This document shows positions 19,198-31,134 of a stretch of 37,909 bases of DNA, in pieces. This stretch comes from a virus. The position numbers were made by a program, and so were the translations under genes. The notes below the pieces were generated by a model, which ran no database searches, was not told the DNA's origin, and worked only from the letters and a program-made list of their open reading frames with translations. Location: the UHGV virus genome UHGV-0127965; one strand, 5' to 3'. Within the stretch, counting starts at the first letter, position 1, and each line of letters begins with the position of its first letter.

Positions 19198-20674
19198 TAA
19201 CTTGAGCGACGAAGAGCAAATCGAGTTGCTCGAGCTACTCGAAGAAGAAGAGAACTACCGGAACACACACCTGCTATATGAATTTACGCCATACAGCAAA
19301 CAGCGTGAGTTCATCGACGCCGGACATGACTATCCAGAGCGATGTTTTATGGCTGGTAACCAGCTTGGTAAGTCATTTACTGGTGCTGCTGAAGTCGCGT
19401 TTCACCTTACAGGGCGTTATCCGGGCACAAAAGGCTATCCTGCTGATGGTAAATATGGTGGGGAGTGGAAAGGTAAGCGTTTCTATGAGCCTGTTGTCTT
19501 CTGGATTGGTGGCGAGACAAACGAGACTGTAACCAAAACGACTCAACGCATCCTGTGCGGTCGTATCGAAGAGAATGATGAGCCTGGCTACGGTTCCATA
19601 CCGAAAGAAGACATTATTAGCTGGAAGAAGTCTCCTTTCTTTCCGAACCTTGTTGATCACCTTCTGGTTAAGCATCACACGGCTGATGGCGTTGAAGATG
19701 GCATTTCAATCTGCTACTTCAAACCATACTCGCAAGGCCGCGCTCGCTGGCAGGGTGACACAATCCACGGCGTGTGGTTTGACGAAGAGCCACCATACAG
19801 CATTTATGGTGAAGGCCTTACCCGTACCAACAAATACGGGCAATTCTCAATTCTGACGTTTACCCCGCTGATGGGGATGTCTGACGTTGTTACCAAGTTC
19901 CTGAAGAATCCCAGCAAGTCTCAGAAAGTGGTCAACATGACCATCTATGACGCTGAGCACTACACCGACGAACAGAAAGAGCAAATCATCGCATCTTATC
20001 CTGAGCATGAGAGAGAGGCGCGTGCTCGCGGTATTCCTACGATGGGTAGTGGTCGAATCTTCCAGATACCGGAAGAGACTATTAAGTGTCAGCCGTTCGA
20101 GTGTCCTGATCACTTCTACGTAATTGGCGGGATGGATTTCGGATGGGATCACCCACAGGCCCAGGTTCAGCTTTGGTGGGATAAGGACGCAGACACAATC
20201 TACGTTTCACGCGTGTGGAAGGCGAAAGAAAAAACAGCTGTTCAGGCATGGGGAGCTGTTAAATCATGGGCGCATAAAGTGCCAACCGCATGGCCTCATG
20301 ACGGAAACCAGCATGAGAAGGGCGGCGGTGAGCAGCTCAAAGGGCAGTATGCAGATGCTGGATTTATGATGTTGCAGGAGCATGCGACATGGCCTGATGG
20401 CGGTAACGCTGTTGAGCCAGGCATCACTGAATTGCGCGACATGATGCTTGATGGTCGCTTCAAAGTATTCAACACATGTGAGCCATTCTTTGAGGAGTTC
20501 CGCCTCTATCACCGTGATGAAAACGGGAAAATCGTCAAGCTTAACGACGACGTTCTCTCAGCCGTTCGCTATGCATACATGATGCGCCGCTTCGCCAAAA
20601 TGATGCGCGACATCAAAAAACCAAAAGAGAAAAAGATACCAGCCCCAATCAGGCCCATCGCACGGAGAACTTAA
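19175..20674 (+). CDS. Terminase large subunit (P22 gp2-like, GTG start)
   Basis: 499 aa; Walker A GNQLGKS; AGGAG RBS upstream of the GTG; followed directly by portal. Confidence 0.9.
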   Translation: MELDAILDNLSDEEQIELLELLEEEENYRNTHLLYEFTPYSKQREFIDAGHDYPERCFMAGNQLGKSFTGAAEVAFHLTGRYPGTKGYPADGKYGGEWKGKRFYEPVVFWIGGETNETVTKTTQRILCGRIEENDEPGYGSIPKEDIISWKKSPFFPNLVDHLLVKHHTADGVEDGISICYFKPYSQGRARWQGDTIHGVWFDEEPPYSIYGEGLTRTNKYGQFSILTFTPLMGMSDVVTKFLKNPSKSQKVVNMTIYDAEHYTDEQKEQIIASYPEHEREARARGIPTMGSGRIFQIPEETIKCQPFECPDHFYVIGGMDFGWDHPQAQVQLWWDKDADTIYVSRVWKAKEKTAVQAWGAVKSWAHKVPTAWPHDGNQHEKGGGEQLKGQYADAGFMMLQEHATWPDGGNAVEPGITELRDMMLDGRFKVFNTCEPFFEEFRLYHRDENGKIVKLNDDVLSAVRYAYMMRRFAKMMRDIKKPKEKKIPAPIRPIARRT

Positions 20675-22840
20675 ATGGCCGACGAAAACAGACTCAATTC
20701 CATTCTGTGTAAGTTTGACGCAGACTGGATGGCGAGCGATGAAGCCAGAACCGAGGCGACAAATGACCTGTATTTTAGCCGAGTGTCGCAATGGGATGAC
20801 TGGCTATCAAACTACACCACCCTGCAATATCGAGGACAATTCGATGTTGTCCGCCCGGTGGTCAGGAAACTGGTCGCAGAGATGCGCCGGAACCCTATCG
20901 ACGTTCTCTTCCGACCCAAAGACGGCGCTAATCCTGATGCTGCCGATGTGCTGATGGGGATGTATCGTACTGATATGCGCCATAACACGGCAAAAATTGC
21001 CGTTAACGTTGGCGTTCGTGAGCAGATAGAGTCCGGCGTTGGTGCATGGCGTCTGGTCACCCAGTACGAAGACAACGACCCAACAAGCAACAATCAGGTA
21101 ATCCGACGCCTGCCAATCCATGAAGCCTGCTCACACGTCATATGGGACGCCAACAGCAAGCAGATGGATAAGAGCGACGCTAAGCACTGCACGGTGATTA
21201 ACGCTTTGTCACGCAATGGCTGGAAAGAGTTCGCAGAGGATTACGGTATTGATCCTGACACCTTGCCATCTTTCCAGAATCCGAACGATACATGGCTGTT
21301 TCCGTGGGTATCGAATGATGTCGTCTACGTCGCTGAGTATTACGAGGTCGAAGAGAAGAAAGAGAAAGTCTTCATCTACCGCGACCCGCTGACAGGTGAG
21401 CCGGTCAGCTATTACCAGCAGGATATCAAAGACGTCATCGACGACCTGGCTAATCGTGGATTCATTAAGGTAGCAGAGCGCAAGGTGAAGCGTCGGCGTG
21501 TGTATAAGTCGATCATCACCTGCACGCAGATACTGAAAGACCGCGAGAAGATAGCCGGAGAGCATATTCCAATCGTTCCAGTGTATGGCGAATGGTCATT
21601 CGCTGGTGACAAGGAGTGCTACGAAGGAGTGGTAAGGCTGACGAAAGACGGTCAACGCCTTCGTAACATGATCATGTCGTTCAACGCCGATATTGTTGCT
21701 CGTTCACCGAAGAAGAAACCGACCTTCTTCCCTGAGCAAATCGAAGGCTACGAATACATGTACGGTGGAAATGATGACTATCCGTACTATCTGCAGAACA
21801 GGACCGATGAAAACGGTAACGACCTGCCGATTGGTCCAATCTCCTACATGGAAAACCCTGAAGTGCCGCAAGCCAACGCTTACATGCTTGAGGCTGCCAC
21901 CAACGCAGTGAAAGAGGTGGCTAGTCTTGGCGTGGATGCGCAGGCGGCAAATGGTCAGGTCGCTTTCGATACCGTCAATCAACTGAACATGCGGGCAGAC
22001 CTTGAGACATACGTGTTTCAGGATAACCTGGCTACCGCAATGAGACGTGATGGCGAGATTTATGCCTCAATGGTCAACGATATTTATGACGTTCCTCGTC
22101 ATGTAACGCTGACACTTGAAGATGGAAGCGAGAAAGACGTTCAACTCTATGCGCAAGTTGTCGATTACCAGTCCGGCAATGTGGTCACACTCAACGACAT
22201 TCGTGGTCGCTATGAGTGCTATACGGACGTTGGGCCATCCTTCCAGAGCATGAAGGAACAGAACCGCGCAGAGATTCAGGAGTTACTCACCAAGGTTCCG
22301 CAAGGTACTCCAGAGTTCCAGATGCTGATGCTGCAATACTTCACGCTGCTTGACGGTAAAGGCGTCGAGATGATGCGAGAGTACGCGAACAAGCAACTGG
22401 TGATGATGGGGCTGAAGAAACCAGAAACACCTGAAGAGATGGAGATGGTACAGCAGGCTCAACAGCAGCCGCAGCAGCCATCAGCAGAGCAAATTCAGGC
22501 GCAGGGTATCCTTCTGCAAGGTCAGGCTGAATTGCTCAAGGCAGAGAACCAACAGGCGCAGATTCAGGTTGAAGCTGCCAAGGTTGAAGCCCAAAACCAA
22601 CTCAACGCCGCGAAGATTGCAGAAATCTTCAACAATATGGACCTCGACAAGCAGGCAGAACTGCGTGAGTACCTCAAGCTCGTAGGTCAATTCCAGCAAC
22701 AGCGCAGCAAAGATGCTCGTGCTAACGCTGAGCTGCTTCTTAAAGATGCAGACCAGACTCATTCACAACGCATAGATTTCGCGAATCTTATGCGTCAAGT
22801 TCAAATCCCCTCCGGCGGAGTAGCCGAGACACCTCAATAA
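20675..22840 (+). CDS. Portal protein (P22 gp1-like)
   Basis: 721 aa with extensive similarity to P22 portal (e.g. [25 protein letters not shown]) and a Gln-rich C-terminal barrel. Confidence 0.95.
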   Translation: MADENRLNSILCKFDADWMASDEARTEATNDLYFSRVSQWDDWLSNYTTLQYRGQFDVVRPVVRKLVAEMRRNPIDVLFRPKDGANPDAADVLMGMYRTDMRHNTAKIAVNVGVREQIESGVGAWRLVTQYEDNDPTSNNQVIRRLPIHEACSHVIWDANSKQMDKSDAKHCTVINALSRNGWKEFAEDYGIDPDTLPSFQNPNDTWLFPWVSNDVVYVAEYYEVEEKKEKVFIYRDPLTGEPVSYYQQDIKDVIDDLANRGFIKVAERKVKRRRVYKSIITCTQILKDREKIAGEHIPIVPVYGEWSFAGDKECYEGVVRLTKDGQRLRNMIMSFNADIVARSPKKKPTFFPEQIEGYEYMYGGNDDYPYYLQNRTDENGNDLPIGPISYMENPEVPQANAYMLEAATNAVKEVASLGVDAQAANGQVAFDTVNQLNMRADLETYVFQDNLATAMRRDGEIYASMVNDIYDVPRHVTLTLEDGSEKDVQLYAQVVDYQSGNVVTLNDIRGRYECYTDVGPSFQSMKEQNRAEIQELLTKVPQGTPEFQMLMLQYFTLLDGKGVEMMREYANKQLVMMGLKKPETPEEMEMVQQAQQQPQQPSAEQIQAQGILLQGQAELLKAENQQAQIQVEAAKVEAQNQLNAAKIAEIFNNMDLDKQAELREYLKLVGQFQQQRSKDARANAELLLKDADQTHSQRIDFANLMRQVQIPSGGVAETPQ

Positions 22841-22853
22841 GAGAGAGTTAATC

Positions 22854-23765
22854 ATGGACCAAACCACCGACATTCAGGCTTCTGAAGAATTAACCCTGCC
22901 CGGCAATCATGCAGCGGCATCTGCTGATGGCTTAGTTGTCGATAATGCCAACGACAACGCAGGTCAGGAAGAAGGCTTCGAGATTGTCCTGAAAGACGAT
23001 GAGAAACCGAAACAAGACCCGGCAACTAATGCTGAATTTGCCCGTCGCCGCATCGAACGCAAACGCCAGCGTGAGCTTGAGCAGCAGATGGAAGCGGTTA
23101 AGCGTGGAGAGTTGCCGGAGCACCTGCGGGTGAGCCCTGAGTTACCAAAACAACCAGACCCTAACGATTATCTTTCCGAAGATGCACTGGCTAAGTACGA
23201 CTATGACCAGAGCCGCGCACTGGCTGCCTTCCAGCAGGCAAACAGTGAATGGCAGATCAAGGCTATGGACGCACGAAGCCAGGCTGTCGCCGAGCAGGGT
23301 CGCAAAACTCAGGAGTTCACCCAGCAATCAGCGCAATACGTCGAGGCAGCCCGTAAGCACTACGACGCAGCGGAAAAGCTCAATATCCCTGACTATCAGG
23401 AGAAAGAGGATGCATTCATGCAACTGGTGCAGCCAGCAGTCGGTGCCGACATCATGCGCCTCTTCCCGGAGAAATCCGCCGCTCTCATGTATCACCTTGG
23501 TGCTAATCCTGAGAAAACACGCCAGTTGCTGGCGATGGACGGGCAATCCGCGCTGATTGAACTCACTCGACTGTCAGAACGTTTAACTCTCAAGCCTCGA
23601 GCCAAGCCTGTTTCAGAAGCCCCGTTACCTGATGAACCCATTCAGGGACATGCTGTTGCTGCAAATATCTCTGTGATTGAAAAGCAGATGGAGGCGGCAG
23701 CAAACAAAGGGGATGTAGAGACGTACCGCAAGCTCAAGGCGCAACTGAATAAAGGAATTCGATAA
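22854..23765 (+). CDS. Scaffolding protein (P22 gp8-like)
   Basis: 303 aa; ...[11 protein letters not shown]...[21 protein letters not shown]...[11 protein letters not shown] matches P22 scaffold. Confidence 0.9.
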   Translation: MDQTTDIQASEELTLPGNHAAASADGLVVDNANDNAGQEEGFEIVLKDDEKPKQDPATNAEFARRRIERKRQRELEQQMEAVKRGELPEHLRVSPELPKQPDPNDYLSEDALAKYDYDQSRALAAFQQANSEWQIKAMDARSQAVAEQGRKTQEFTQQSAQYVEAARKHYDAAEKLNIPDYQEKEDAFMQLVQPAVGADIMRLFPEKSAALMYHLGANPEKTRQLLAMDGQSALIELTRLSERLTLKPRAKPVSEAPLPDEPIQGHAVAANISVIEKQMEAAANKGDVETYRKLKAQLNKGIR

Positions 23766-25060
23766 TGGCATTAAATGAAGGTCAACTGGTCACGTATGCT
23801 CTGGATGAAATCATCGAAACCGTCCAGAACCTGACGCCAATGGCGTCCAAAGTGACAAAATACACCCCTCCGGCAGAATCCATGCAACGTTCAAGCAACA
23901 CCGTGTGGATGCCTGTTGAGCAGGAAGCGCCAACTCAGACTGGCTGGGATTTAACTGGCAACGCTACCGGTATTCTGGAACTCTCCGTGAAATGCAACAT
24001 GGGCGATCCGGATAACGATTTCTTCGAGCTTCGTGCAGATGACCTGCGTGATGAGCGTTCTTACCGTCGCCGCATCCAGGCATCCGCCAAAAAACTGGCG
24101 AATAACATTGAGTCAGCAATTGCCAAACAGGCAACCGAAATGGGCTCGCTTGTTGTTCACGATACCCGCGCAATTGGTCCATCTACTGGCCTGTCTGGCT
24201 GGGATTTTGTGTCTGATGCAGAGCGCCTGATGTTCTCCCGCGAACTCAACCGCGACATGGGCATCAGCTACTTCCTGAACCCTGACGATTACCGCAAAGC
24301 AGGCCGCAACCTGGTAGATGGTGACATCTTCGGGCGCGTTCCTGAAGAAGCGTATCGCAACGGTACTATTCAGCGTCAGATTGCTGGCTTTGATGAAATT
24401 CTTCGCTCACCGAAACTTCCGGCAGTTACCAAGTCAACCGCGACTGGTGTAACTGTTTCTGGTGCGCAGAAGTTTAAGCCGCAGGCATACACCCTTGATA
24501 CCGATGGTAACAAAGAGAACGTCGACAACCGTGTTGCAACGGTGACTGTATCCTCCACCACCGGGTTTAAGCGCGGCGACAAAATCAGCTTCACTGGTGT
24601 GAAATTCCTGTCTCAGATGGCGAAGAACGTGCTAACTGATGATGCGACTTTCTCAATCACCCGTGTGATCGATGGTACTCACATCGAAATCACGCCGAAA
24701 CCGATTGCACTGGATGACGCGTCACTGACAAAAGAAGAGAAGGCTTACGCTAACGTAAACACCTCTCTTGCTGATACCACTCCGGTAAACGTTCTGAACG
24801 TGGCAACAACCACCGCTAACGTGTTCTGGGCTGATGACTCAATCCGCCTGCTGTCTCAGCCGATCCCGGTAACCCATGAACTGTTTGCTGGCATGAAAAC
24901 GTCTTCCTTCAGCATTCCTGGTATTGGTGTTAACGGCATCTTCGCAACGCAGGGTGATATCAACACTCTGTCTGGTAAGTGCCGTATTGCTGTGTGGTAT
25001 TCAGCATGTGCTGTACGACCAGAGGCAATTGGTGTTGGTCTGCCTAACCAGACCGCGTGA
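23765..25060 (+). CDS. Major coat protein (P22 gp5-like)
   Basis: 431 aa; MALNEGQ...[15 protein letters not shown]...FAGMKT.SFSIP...GLPGQTA-type similarity to P22 coat. Confidence 0.95.
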   Translation: MALNEGQLVTYALDEIIETVQNLTPMASKVTKYTPPAESMQRSSNTVWMPVEQEAPTQTGWDLTGNATGILELSVKCNMGDPDNDFFELRADDLRDERSYRRRIQASAKKLANNIESAIAKQATEMGSLVVHDTRAIGPSTGLSGWDFVSDAERLMFSRELNRDMGISYFLNPDDYRKAGRNLVDGDIFGRVPEEAYRNGTIQRQIAGFDEILRSPKLPAVTKSTATGVTVSGAQKFKPQAYTLDTDGNKENVDNRVATVTVSSTTGFKRGDKISFTGVKFLSQMAKNVLTDDATFSITRVIDGTHIEITPKPIALDDASLTKEEKAYANVNTSLADTTPVNVLNVATTTANVFWADDSIRLLSQPIPVTHELFAGMKTSSFSIPGIGVNGIFATQGDINTLSGKCRIAVWYSACAVRPEAIGVGLPNQTA

Positions 25061-25068
25061 TAACCAGA

Positions 25069-25091
25069 GGGAGCTCCGGCTCCCTTTTTTA
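25069..25091 (+). terminator. Intrinsic terminator or attenuator after coat
   Basis: GGGAGC-TCCG-GCTCCC hairpin followed by T6. Confidence 0.6.
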
Positions 25092-25104
25092 TCTGGAGAC
25101 AAGC

Positions 25105-25353
25105 ATGACACACATGATCTTTCGTCATGGCGACATGAAGAAGTGGAAAGGCGTTGGCTACGACTTTGAAATCGTGAAAGCCGAAGAGATTCAGGAATAT
25201 CTGGATGCTGGTTGGTTTGCACATCCCGATGACCTTCTGAAGGATGTTGCAGAGCCAGAGCCAGAGCCAGAGCCAGAGCCAGAAGAAAAACAGCGTAAAA
25301 AGCCTGGTCGAAAACCTAAGGAGGCAGCAGATGAACCTGACAACGAAGGGTGA
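25105..25353 (+). CDS. Small acidic protein with an (EP)n repeat, 82 aa
   Basis: ATG with GGAG RBS inside track ORF 25057..25353; carries [11 protein letters not shown] from the GAGCCA tandem repeat. Confidence 0.5.
   Translation: MTHMIFRHGDMKKWKGVGYDFEIVKAEEIQEYLDAGWFAHPDDLLKDVAEPEPEPEPEPEEKQRKKPGRKPKEAADEPDNEG
25252..25281 (+). repeat. (GAGCCA)5 perfect tandem hexanucleotide repeat
   Basis: Read directly: five exact GAGCCA units inside the small ORF after coat. Confidence 0.9.
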
Positions 25354-25831
25354 TTTAGTTCTTGCGGCATTACGTAAGCTCGGTGTGGCATCAAATGCCA
25401 CGTTAACCGATGTCGAACCGCAGTCTATGGAAGACGGCGTTAACGACCTTGAAATGATGATGGCTGAATGGCTTGGCGGTGATGCGTCACCAGGCATCAA
25501 CGTTGGCTACATTTTCGCTGATGCAGATGTCGCTCCAGATCCTGGCGATGAACACGGTTTATCAAATAACGCTATCAATGCCGTCATTTTCAACCTTGCC
25601 TGCCGCATTGCTCCGGATTATGCGCTGGAAGCGTCTGCAAAACTTATAACCACTGCCAGATACGGGAAAGAGCGACTCGTCAAACTGTCTGCAATGGACA
25701 GAGCAAAAGCCGCAAAATGTAAGTCCGGTTATCCAAACCGTATGCCTGTTGGCAGTGGAAACCAGTTGGCGAAGTGGAACGGTTGGAATTACTTCCACCG
25801 AAAGGAACCTTGCGATAACGGGAGCGAATAA
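25331..25831 (+). CDS. Head completion / tail-hub protein (P22 gp4-like)
   Basis: 166 aa starting [33 protein letters not shown], matching P22 gp4; AGGAGG RBS. Confidence 0.85.
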   Translation: MNLTTKGDLVLAALRKLGVASNATLTDVEPQSMEDGVNDLEMMMAEWLGGDASPGINVGYIFADADVAPDPGDEHGLSNNAINAVIFNLACRIAPDYALEASAKLITTARYGKERLVKLSAMDRAKAAKCKSGYPNRMPVGSGNQLAKWNGWNYFHRKEPCDNGSE

Positions 25832-27249
25832 TGCCGATTCAGCAACTTCAGCTTATGAAAGGTGTCGGCAAAGACTTTCGAAACGCCGACTATATCGACT
25901 ATCTGCCAGTGAATATGTTGGCTACACCCAAAGAAATCCTGAACAGCAGCGGATATCTTCGCTCATTCCCGGGCATTGCCAAACGTTCTGATGTGAACGG
26001 CGTATCGCGCGGAGTTGAGTACAACATGGCGCAGAGTGCTGTTTATCGCGTGTGTGGCGGCAAGCTGTACAAAGGAGAAAGTGAAGTCGGTGATGTTGCC
26101 GGAAGTGGTCGTGTATCAATGGCGCATGGTCGGACATCTCAGGCTGTAGGCGTTAATGGCCAACTGGTCGAGTATCGTTATGATGGCACGGTTAAAACAG
26201 TCTCAAACTGGCCTACAGACAGCGGATTCACGCAGTATGAGTTAGGTTCTGTTCGTGACATTACGCGCTTACGCGGGCGTTATGCGTGGTCAAAAGACGG
26301 CACTGATTCATGGTTTATCACTGACCTTGAAGACGAATCGCATCCTGACCGCTACAGCGCACAATATCGCGCAGAATCGCAGCCTGACGGCATCATCGGC
26401 ATCGGAACATGGCGAGACTTCATCGTCTGCTTTGGTTCATCGACGATTGAATATTTTTCCCTGACAGGTGCAACAACTGTTGGTGCTGCTTTGTATGTCG
26501 CACAGCCATCACTGATGGTGCAAAAAGGCATCGCCGGGACTTACTGCAAAACGCCATTCGCTGATTCTTATGCGTTCATCAGCAATCCGGCAACAGGTGC
26601 GCCGTCTGTATACATCATCGGCTCCGGTCAGGTATCACCAATCGCCAGCGCGAGCATTGAGAAAATCCTTCGTTCCTACACTGCTGATGAACTGGCTGAT
26701 GGTGTGATGGAATCGCTGCGATTTGATGCTCATGAGTTGCTGATTATCCATCTTCCGCGTCACGTCCTCGTGTACGACGCATCTTCAAGCGCCAATGGTC
26801 CGCAATGGTGTGTGCTGAAAACAGGACTGTATGATGATGTGTACCGCGCTATCGACTTCATTTACGAAGGCAATCAGATAACGTGCGGCGATAAACTGGA
26901 GTCCGTGACCGGGAAATTGCAATTCGATATATCTTCACAATACGAAAAACAACAAGAGCATATTTTATATTCCCCTCTAATAAAGGCAGATAACGCTTTA
27001 ATAAATGACCTTGAATTAGAAACATCTGGCGGCGTGTGTGATAGAATAGATAAAATATTTATATCAGCCACTACAGATGGAATTAGTTACGGTCGTGAGC
27101 AAATGGTCGTATTACAAAAACCATTTGTATATGACAATCGCGTTTTATGGCGAAAGGTTGGTCGAGTTAGACGCCTCATTGGATTTAAATTCAGAGTTAT
27201 TGCAAAAGGTCCTGTCACATTATCAGGCCTTTCTATTCGTGTAACATAA
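25831..27249 (+). CDS. Tail accessory / head completion protein (P22 gp10-like)
   Basis: 472 aa in the P22 order after gp4; the final 110 codons or so are AT-rich, unlike the rest. Confidence 0.8.
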   Translation: MPIQQLQLMKGVGKDFRNADYIDYLPVNMLATPKEILNSSGYLRSFPGIAKRSDVNGVSRGVEYNMAQSAVYRVCGGKLYKGESEVGDVAGSGRVSMAHGRTSQAVGVNGQLVEYRYDGTVKTVSNWPTDSGFTQYELGSVRDITRLRGRYAWSKDGTDSWFITDLEDESHPDRYSAQYRAESQPDGIIGIGTWRDFIVCFGSSTIEYFSLTGATTVGAALYVAQPSLMVQKGIAGTYCKTPFADSYAFISNPATGAPSVYIIGSGQVSPIASASIEKILRSYTADELADGVMESLRFDAHELLIIHLPRHVLVYDASSSANGPQWCVLKTGLYDDVYRAIDFIYEGNQITCGDKLESVTGKLQFDISSQYEKQQEHILYSPLIKADNALINDLELETSGGVCDRIDKIFISATTDGISYGREQMVVLQKPFVYDNRVLWRKVGRVRRLIGFKFRVIAKGPVTLSGLSIRVT

Positions 27250-27270
27250 ATCGAAACTCAAGGAGTAGAT

Positions 27271-27804
27271 ATGTTAAGTGAAAACGCAAAAGATATCGAA
27301 GGATATGAAGGACTGTACGCCATCACTAATGATGGTAGAGTTTACTCGCATTCAAGAGTAAATTTGAGGGGGCGTCTTATTAAGGGGAGGTGGCTGAAGC
27401 ATAATCATAACGTAAATGGATATAAGTATGTGTGTTTATATAAGGATGGCGTAAAAAAGAACATACTAATACATAAGCTTGTTGCATCTCACTTTGTTGG
27501 TGGATTTGCTGAAGGGTTACAGGTAAATCATATAGATGGTGATAAATATAATAATAACTATCTAAATCTTGAATGGGTTACTCCATCAGGAAACATCTCA
27601 CACTCATATGGATTGGAATCGAGAGGTAATGTAAAAGGAGAAAGGAATGGTAATTCTAAAATATCTAATGATGATGTCATAAAGATAAAAGAAATGGTTG
27701 CCAATGGATTTCCTCAGTGTGAAGTTGCTAAATTATTTGGAATTCACAATTCAAAGGTTAGTAGAATTGTAAATGGCAAGGCATGGAGGCATGTTAATGG
27801 CTGA
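27271..27804 (+). CDS. Free-standing HNH homing endonuclease (NUMOD4-like plus HNH plus C-terminal HTH)
   Basis: [16 protein letters not shown] (NUMOD4-like), HKLVASHF...[24 protein letters not shown] (HNH) and a C-terminal HTH; AT-rich island; AGGAG RBS. Confidence 0.8.
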   Translation: MLSENAKDIEGYEGLYAITNDGRVYSHSRVNLRGRLIKGRWLKHNHNVNGYKYVCLYKDGVKKNILIHKLVASHFVGGFAEGLQVNHIDGDKYNNNYLNLEWVTPSGNISHSYGLESRGNVKGERNGNSKISNDDVIKIKEMVANGFPQCEVAKLFGIHNSKVSRIVNGKAWRHVNG

Positions 27805-28498
27805 TTCGAATCTCAACACCCCTGTTATTGTGCAGGCTACACGACTCGATACATCAATCCTTCCACGCAATATATTCAGCCAGTCTTACCTGCTGTATGT
27901 CATAAATCAGGGTGCTGATGTTGGCGCAATTGCCGGGAAGGCAAATCAGGCTGGTCAGGGCGCTTACGATGCTCAGGTAAAAAACGATGAACAGGACGTC
28001 GAACTGGCAGATCATGACGCAAGAATCACCGCAAACACAAAAGCGATAAATCTCCTTGAGGTCAGGTTAACAACCGCCGAAGGGAAGATAGTCGTACTGC
28101 GTAGCGATGTTGATTACTTGCTGGATGAGGTTATCGCTATTCAGGCGCATCTGGTCACTGTTGACCAAAGACTGGATGTCATAGAAAGCGATGTATCTGA
28201 CATTAAGAGTGATTACGTATCGAAAACCGTAACCGAATCGCAGTCTCTTGCGTCACCGCTGGATGTAAAAACATCATATTCAGTTGATGGAATTCAGGTC
28301 GTTGGAGCAAGGCAGACCGGATGGACTGCAGCCACAGGTACACCTCTTCTTGGCTCATTCAACGCTAACCAGTCATACACGGTCGGCACTACGTACACAC
28401 AATCCGAAGTCGCGGCTCTCGCTACAGGTTTGCAGCAGGCTCGGCAGCGTATTCTGGCGCTTGAAACGGCACTTAGATTACATGGGCTGATTGACTGA
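27797..28498 (+). CDS. Tail needle protein (P22 gp26-like)
   Basis: N-terminus [28 protein letters not shown] and a trimeric coiled coil as in P22 gp26; GGAGG RBS; start overlaps the HNH gene end. Confidence 0.85.
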   Translation: MADSNLNTPVIVQATRLDTSILPRNIFSQSYLLYVINQGADVGAIAGKANQAGQGAYDAQVKNDEQDVELADHDARITANTKAINLLEVRLTTAEGKIVVLRSDVDYLLDEVIAIQAHLVTVDQRLDVIESDVSDIKSDYVSKTVTESQSLASPLDVKTSYSVDGIQVVGARQTGWTAATGTPLLGSFNANQSYTVGTTYTQSEVAALATGLQQARQRILALETALRLHGLID

Positions 28499-28953
28499 TG
28501 ATTACATTCAAACCAACGCGAAACATCGACCTGATCGAAGCTGTCGGAAATCACCCTGACATTATTGCCGGGAGCAACAACGGTGATGGATACGACTACA
28601 AGCCTGAATGCCGTTACTTTGAGGTGAACGTGCACGGGCAGTTCGGCGGCATTGTTTACTATCAGGAGATTCAGCCGCTGACATTCGATTGCCACGCCAT
28701 GTACCTGCCAGAGATTCGCGGCTTCAGCAAGGAAATCGGGCTGGCGTTCTGGCGATACATTCTGACTAACACCACCGTTCAGTGCGTCACATCGTTCGCT
28801 GCGCGCAAATTCCGCCACGGGCAGATGTACTGCGCAATGATTGGCCTTAATCGTGTAGGAACCATCAAGAAATACTTCAAAGGCGTGGATGACGTGACAT
28901 TTTACAGTGCTACACGCGAAGAACTAATCGAATTCCTGAATCACAGGAGATAG
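28498..28953 (+). CDS. gp14-like ejection/assembly protein (positional assignment)
   Basis: 151 aa between gp26-like and gp7-like genes, where P22 gene 14 lies; sequence not confidently recognised. Confidence 0.5.
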   Translation: MITFKPTRNIDLIEAVGNHPDIIAGSNNGDGYDYKPECRYFEVNVHGQFGGIVYYQEIQPLTFDCHAMYLPEIRGFSKEIGLAFWRYILTNTTVQCVTSFAARKFRHGQMYCAMIGLNRVGTIKKYFKGVDDVTFYSATREELIEFLNHRR

Positions 28954-28955
28954 CC

Positions 28956-29648
28956 ATGTTATATGCATTTAAGCTGGGCAGAAAACTGCGTGGCGAGGAA
29001 CCTTATTGCCCTGAAAAAGGCGGGAAAGGTGGCAGTTCTGATAAAAGCGCAAAGTATGCAGCAGAAGCTCAGAAGTATGCCGCAGACCTGCAAAATCAGC
29101 AGTTCAACACCATCATGAATAACCTGAAGCCGTTTACTCCTCTGGCTGAGAAGTATGTCGGCAGCCTCGAGAACTTATCGTCTCTGGAGGGGCAAGGTCA
29201 GGCACTTAACCAGTATTACAACTCTCAGCAGTATAAAGACCTTGCAGGTCAGGCTCGCTATCAGAGTCTGGCTGCAGCGGAAGCAACAGGTGGATTGGGT
29301 TCCACCGCAACCAGTAATCAGTTAGCAACAATCGCACCAACGCTTGGTCAGCAATGGCTATCTGGACAAATGAACAATTACAACAACCTGGCAAATATCG
29401 GTCTTGGCGCTCTTCAGGGGCAGGCAAACGCCGGGCAAACATATGCCAACAACATGAGTCAGATTTCACAGCAAAGCGCGGCGCTGGCGGCGGCAAACGC
29501 CAACCGACCGTCAGCATTGCAACAGGGGGTTAGTGGTGCTGCATCCGGTGCGCTTTTGGGGGGTGGCATAGCCAGTGCTCTCGAGCTATCAACTCCGTGG
29601 GGTGCTGGTATCGGTGCTGGTCTTGGTCTGCTTGGTTCACTGTTTTAA
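28956..29648 (+). CDS. Ejection (E) protein, P22 gp7-like
   Basis: 230 aa; Gln/Ala/Gly-rich with a glycine-rich hydrophobic C-terminus; P22 order position. Confidence 0.75.
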   Translation: MLYAFKLGRKLRGEEPYCPEKGGKGGSSDKSAKYAAEAQKYAADLQNQQFNTIMNNLKPFTPLAEKYVGSLENLSSLEGQGQALNQYYNSQQYKDLAGQARYQSLAAAEATGGLGSTATSNQLATIAPTLGQQWLSGQMNNYNNLANIGLGALQGQANAGQTYANNMSQISQQSAALAAANANRPSALQQGVSGAASGALLGGGIASALELSTPWGAGIGAGLGLLGSLF

Positions 29649-29658
29649 GGGGTAATCA

Positions 29659-31134
29659 ATGGCTACGTGGCAACAGGGTATTAATTCTGGTGGGTTTCTT
29701 GCTGGCATCGGTGCGCAAAATGAGAATGCGCCAAAGGCAAACGACATTAACGCAACGCTTGGTCTGATCCGCGAAAACAATGAACTGGCTCGCTCAGGTG
29801 CAAATAACGTTGGCCTGACCGCGTTACGTGGTCTGGCTGGAGTTGCTGATATTTATAAGCAGGAACAGCAACAGAAAGCGATTAATGCGTTCAATAAGGT
29901 TCATGCTGATGCATGGGCTTCTGGTGATCCATCGGGACTATTTAAGTTTGCCAAGGAAAATCCAGCGTTTGTTGCGCAGGCACAACAGGCGTTTTCCGGT
30001 CTTAATGAGCAGCAACGCAACGATATGGGCGATTTAGCCATGAGGGCTAACGTCGCTCTTTCTCAGGGACCGGAAGCCTACAGTAAATTCATTACTGACA
30101 ACAAGGACAGGTTAAATCGCGTTGGGGCTAATGCTGACTGGATGATTCAGACAGGTATCCAGAATCCAGAGCAGCTATCACACATGCTGACTACTATGTC
30201 TCTCGGTGCACTTGGGCCAGAAAAGGCGTTTGCTGTTCAGGACAAGATGGCTGGTCGTGAAATTGACCGAGGCAGGCTGGCAGAGACAATCCGCAGCAAT
30301 CAGGCTGGAGAGGCGCTTCAGGCGAGAGGGCAGGATATTAGCCGAGCAAATGCGTTAACGTCAGCATATGCACCAACAGCCGCAATGCAGAATTACAATC
30401 AGTACGCGCAAATGTTAAAGGCAGATCCAGATGGTGCAGCGGCATTTGCGGCAGCGGCGGGAATTAATCCCAATGCTAAGAAATTACTTAAGGTTGAAAC
30501 CAATCCTGATGGCTCGGTAACTAAGTATTACACCGATGGCAGCGAGGAAGCCGGAAAACTAAACCAACCTATATCTGGTGATGGCATTAAACCAATTAGT
30601 TTGCCACAAGCGCAAAGCATCATAGATAAGGCTAATGAGGGTTCCAAGAAGGCGGCAGGATTTGCTTTGCGATTAAAAGATTCAATGGACTCAATGAATC
30701 AGCTTAGTAAAAGCATTGACCCTAAGCGAGTTGCATTAATAAATCGCTCTCTTGGTGATGGGACTATTGCAAATTTAAGCCTATCACCAGCGGAGCAGCA
30801 ATATATGGTAAATGCGAGAGACGCCTTGTATGCAATTTTGCGCCCAGAAACAGGTGCAGCAATTACTCTGCCAGAGATGCAGGAGTATTCCAAAATGTAC
30901 CTGCCTCAGCCCGGTGATTCCAAGGCTGCTACTGAAACAAAAATGCGAAAAATGCAGGGCCAATATAACTCATTACGTGGTCAGTCTGGTCGCGTTTATG
31001 ATGCTTTGGTGGTTTCAAGTGCTGCAAATAGTCAACAACAGAGCAATAGCCAACAACCGACAAATACCCAACAGCAGCAGAGTCAATCCGGATCATATAC
31101 CTCAAAATCAGGCATTCAATTTACGGTGGAATGA
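29659..31134 (+). CDS. Ejection (E) protein, P22 gp20-like
   Basis: 491 aa between the gp7-like and gp16-like genes; Gln/Ala-rich. Confidence 0.7.
   Translation: MATWQQGINSGGFLAGIGAQNENAPKANDINATLGLIRENNELARSGANNVGLTALRGLAGVADIYKQEQQQKAINAFNKVHADAWASGDPSGLFKFAKENPAFVAQAQQAFSGLNEQQRNDMGDLAMRANVALSQGPEAYSKFITDNKDRLNRVGANADWMIQTGIQNPEQLSHMLTTMSLGALGPEKAFAVQDKMAGREIDRGRLAETIRSNQAGEALQARGQDISRANALTSAYAPTAAMQNYNQYAQMLKADPDGAAAFAAAAGINPNAKKLLKVETNPDGSVTKYYTDGSEEAGKLNQPISGDGIKPISLPQAQSIIDKANEGSKKAAGFALRLKDSMDSMNQLSKSIDPKRVALINRSLGDGTIANLSLSPAEQQYMVNARDALYAILRPETGAAITLPEMQEYSKMYLPQPGDSKAATETKMRKMQGQYNSLRGQSGRVYDALVVSSAANSQQQSNSQQPTNTQQQQSQSGSYTSKSGIQFTVE

Noticed and set aside
25252-25281. CRISPR array or other spacer-repeat structure
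   Set aside because: The only tandem repeats are the 6-bp GAGCCA run and the 29-bp origin iterons (11020-11114); neither has CRISPR repeat-spacer architecture, and no cas genes are present.
24856-25500. 214-aa minus-strand ORF
   Set aside because: Antisense to the coat 3' end and gp4 start; its translation runs through the reverse complement of the GAGCCA repeat.
28294-28818. 174-aa minus-strand ORF
   Set aside because: Antisense to the well-supported tail-needle and gp14-like genes in a unidirectional late operon; no RBS.
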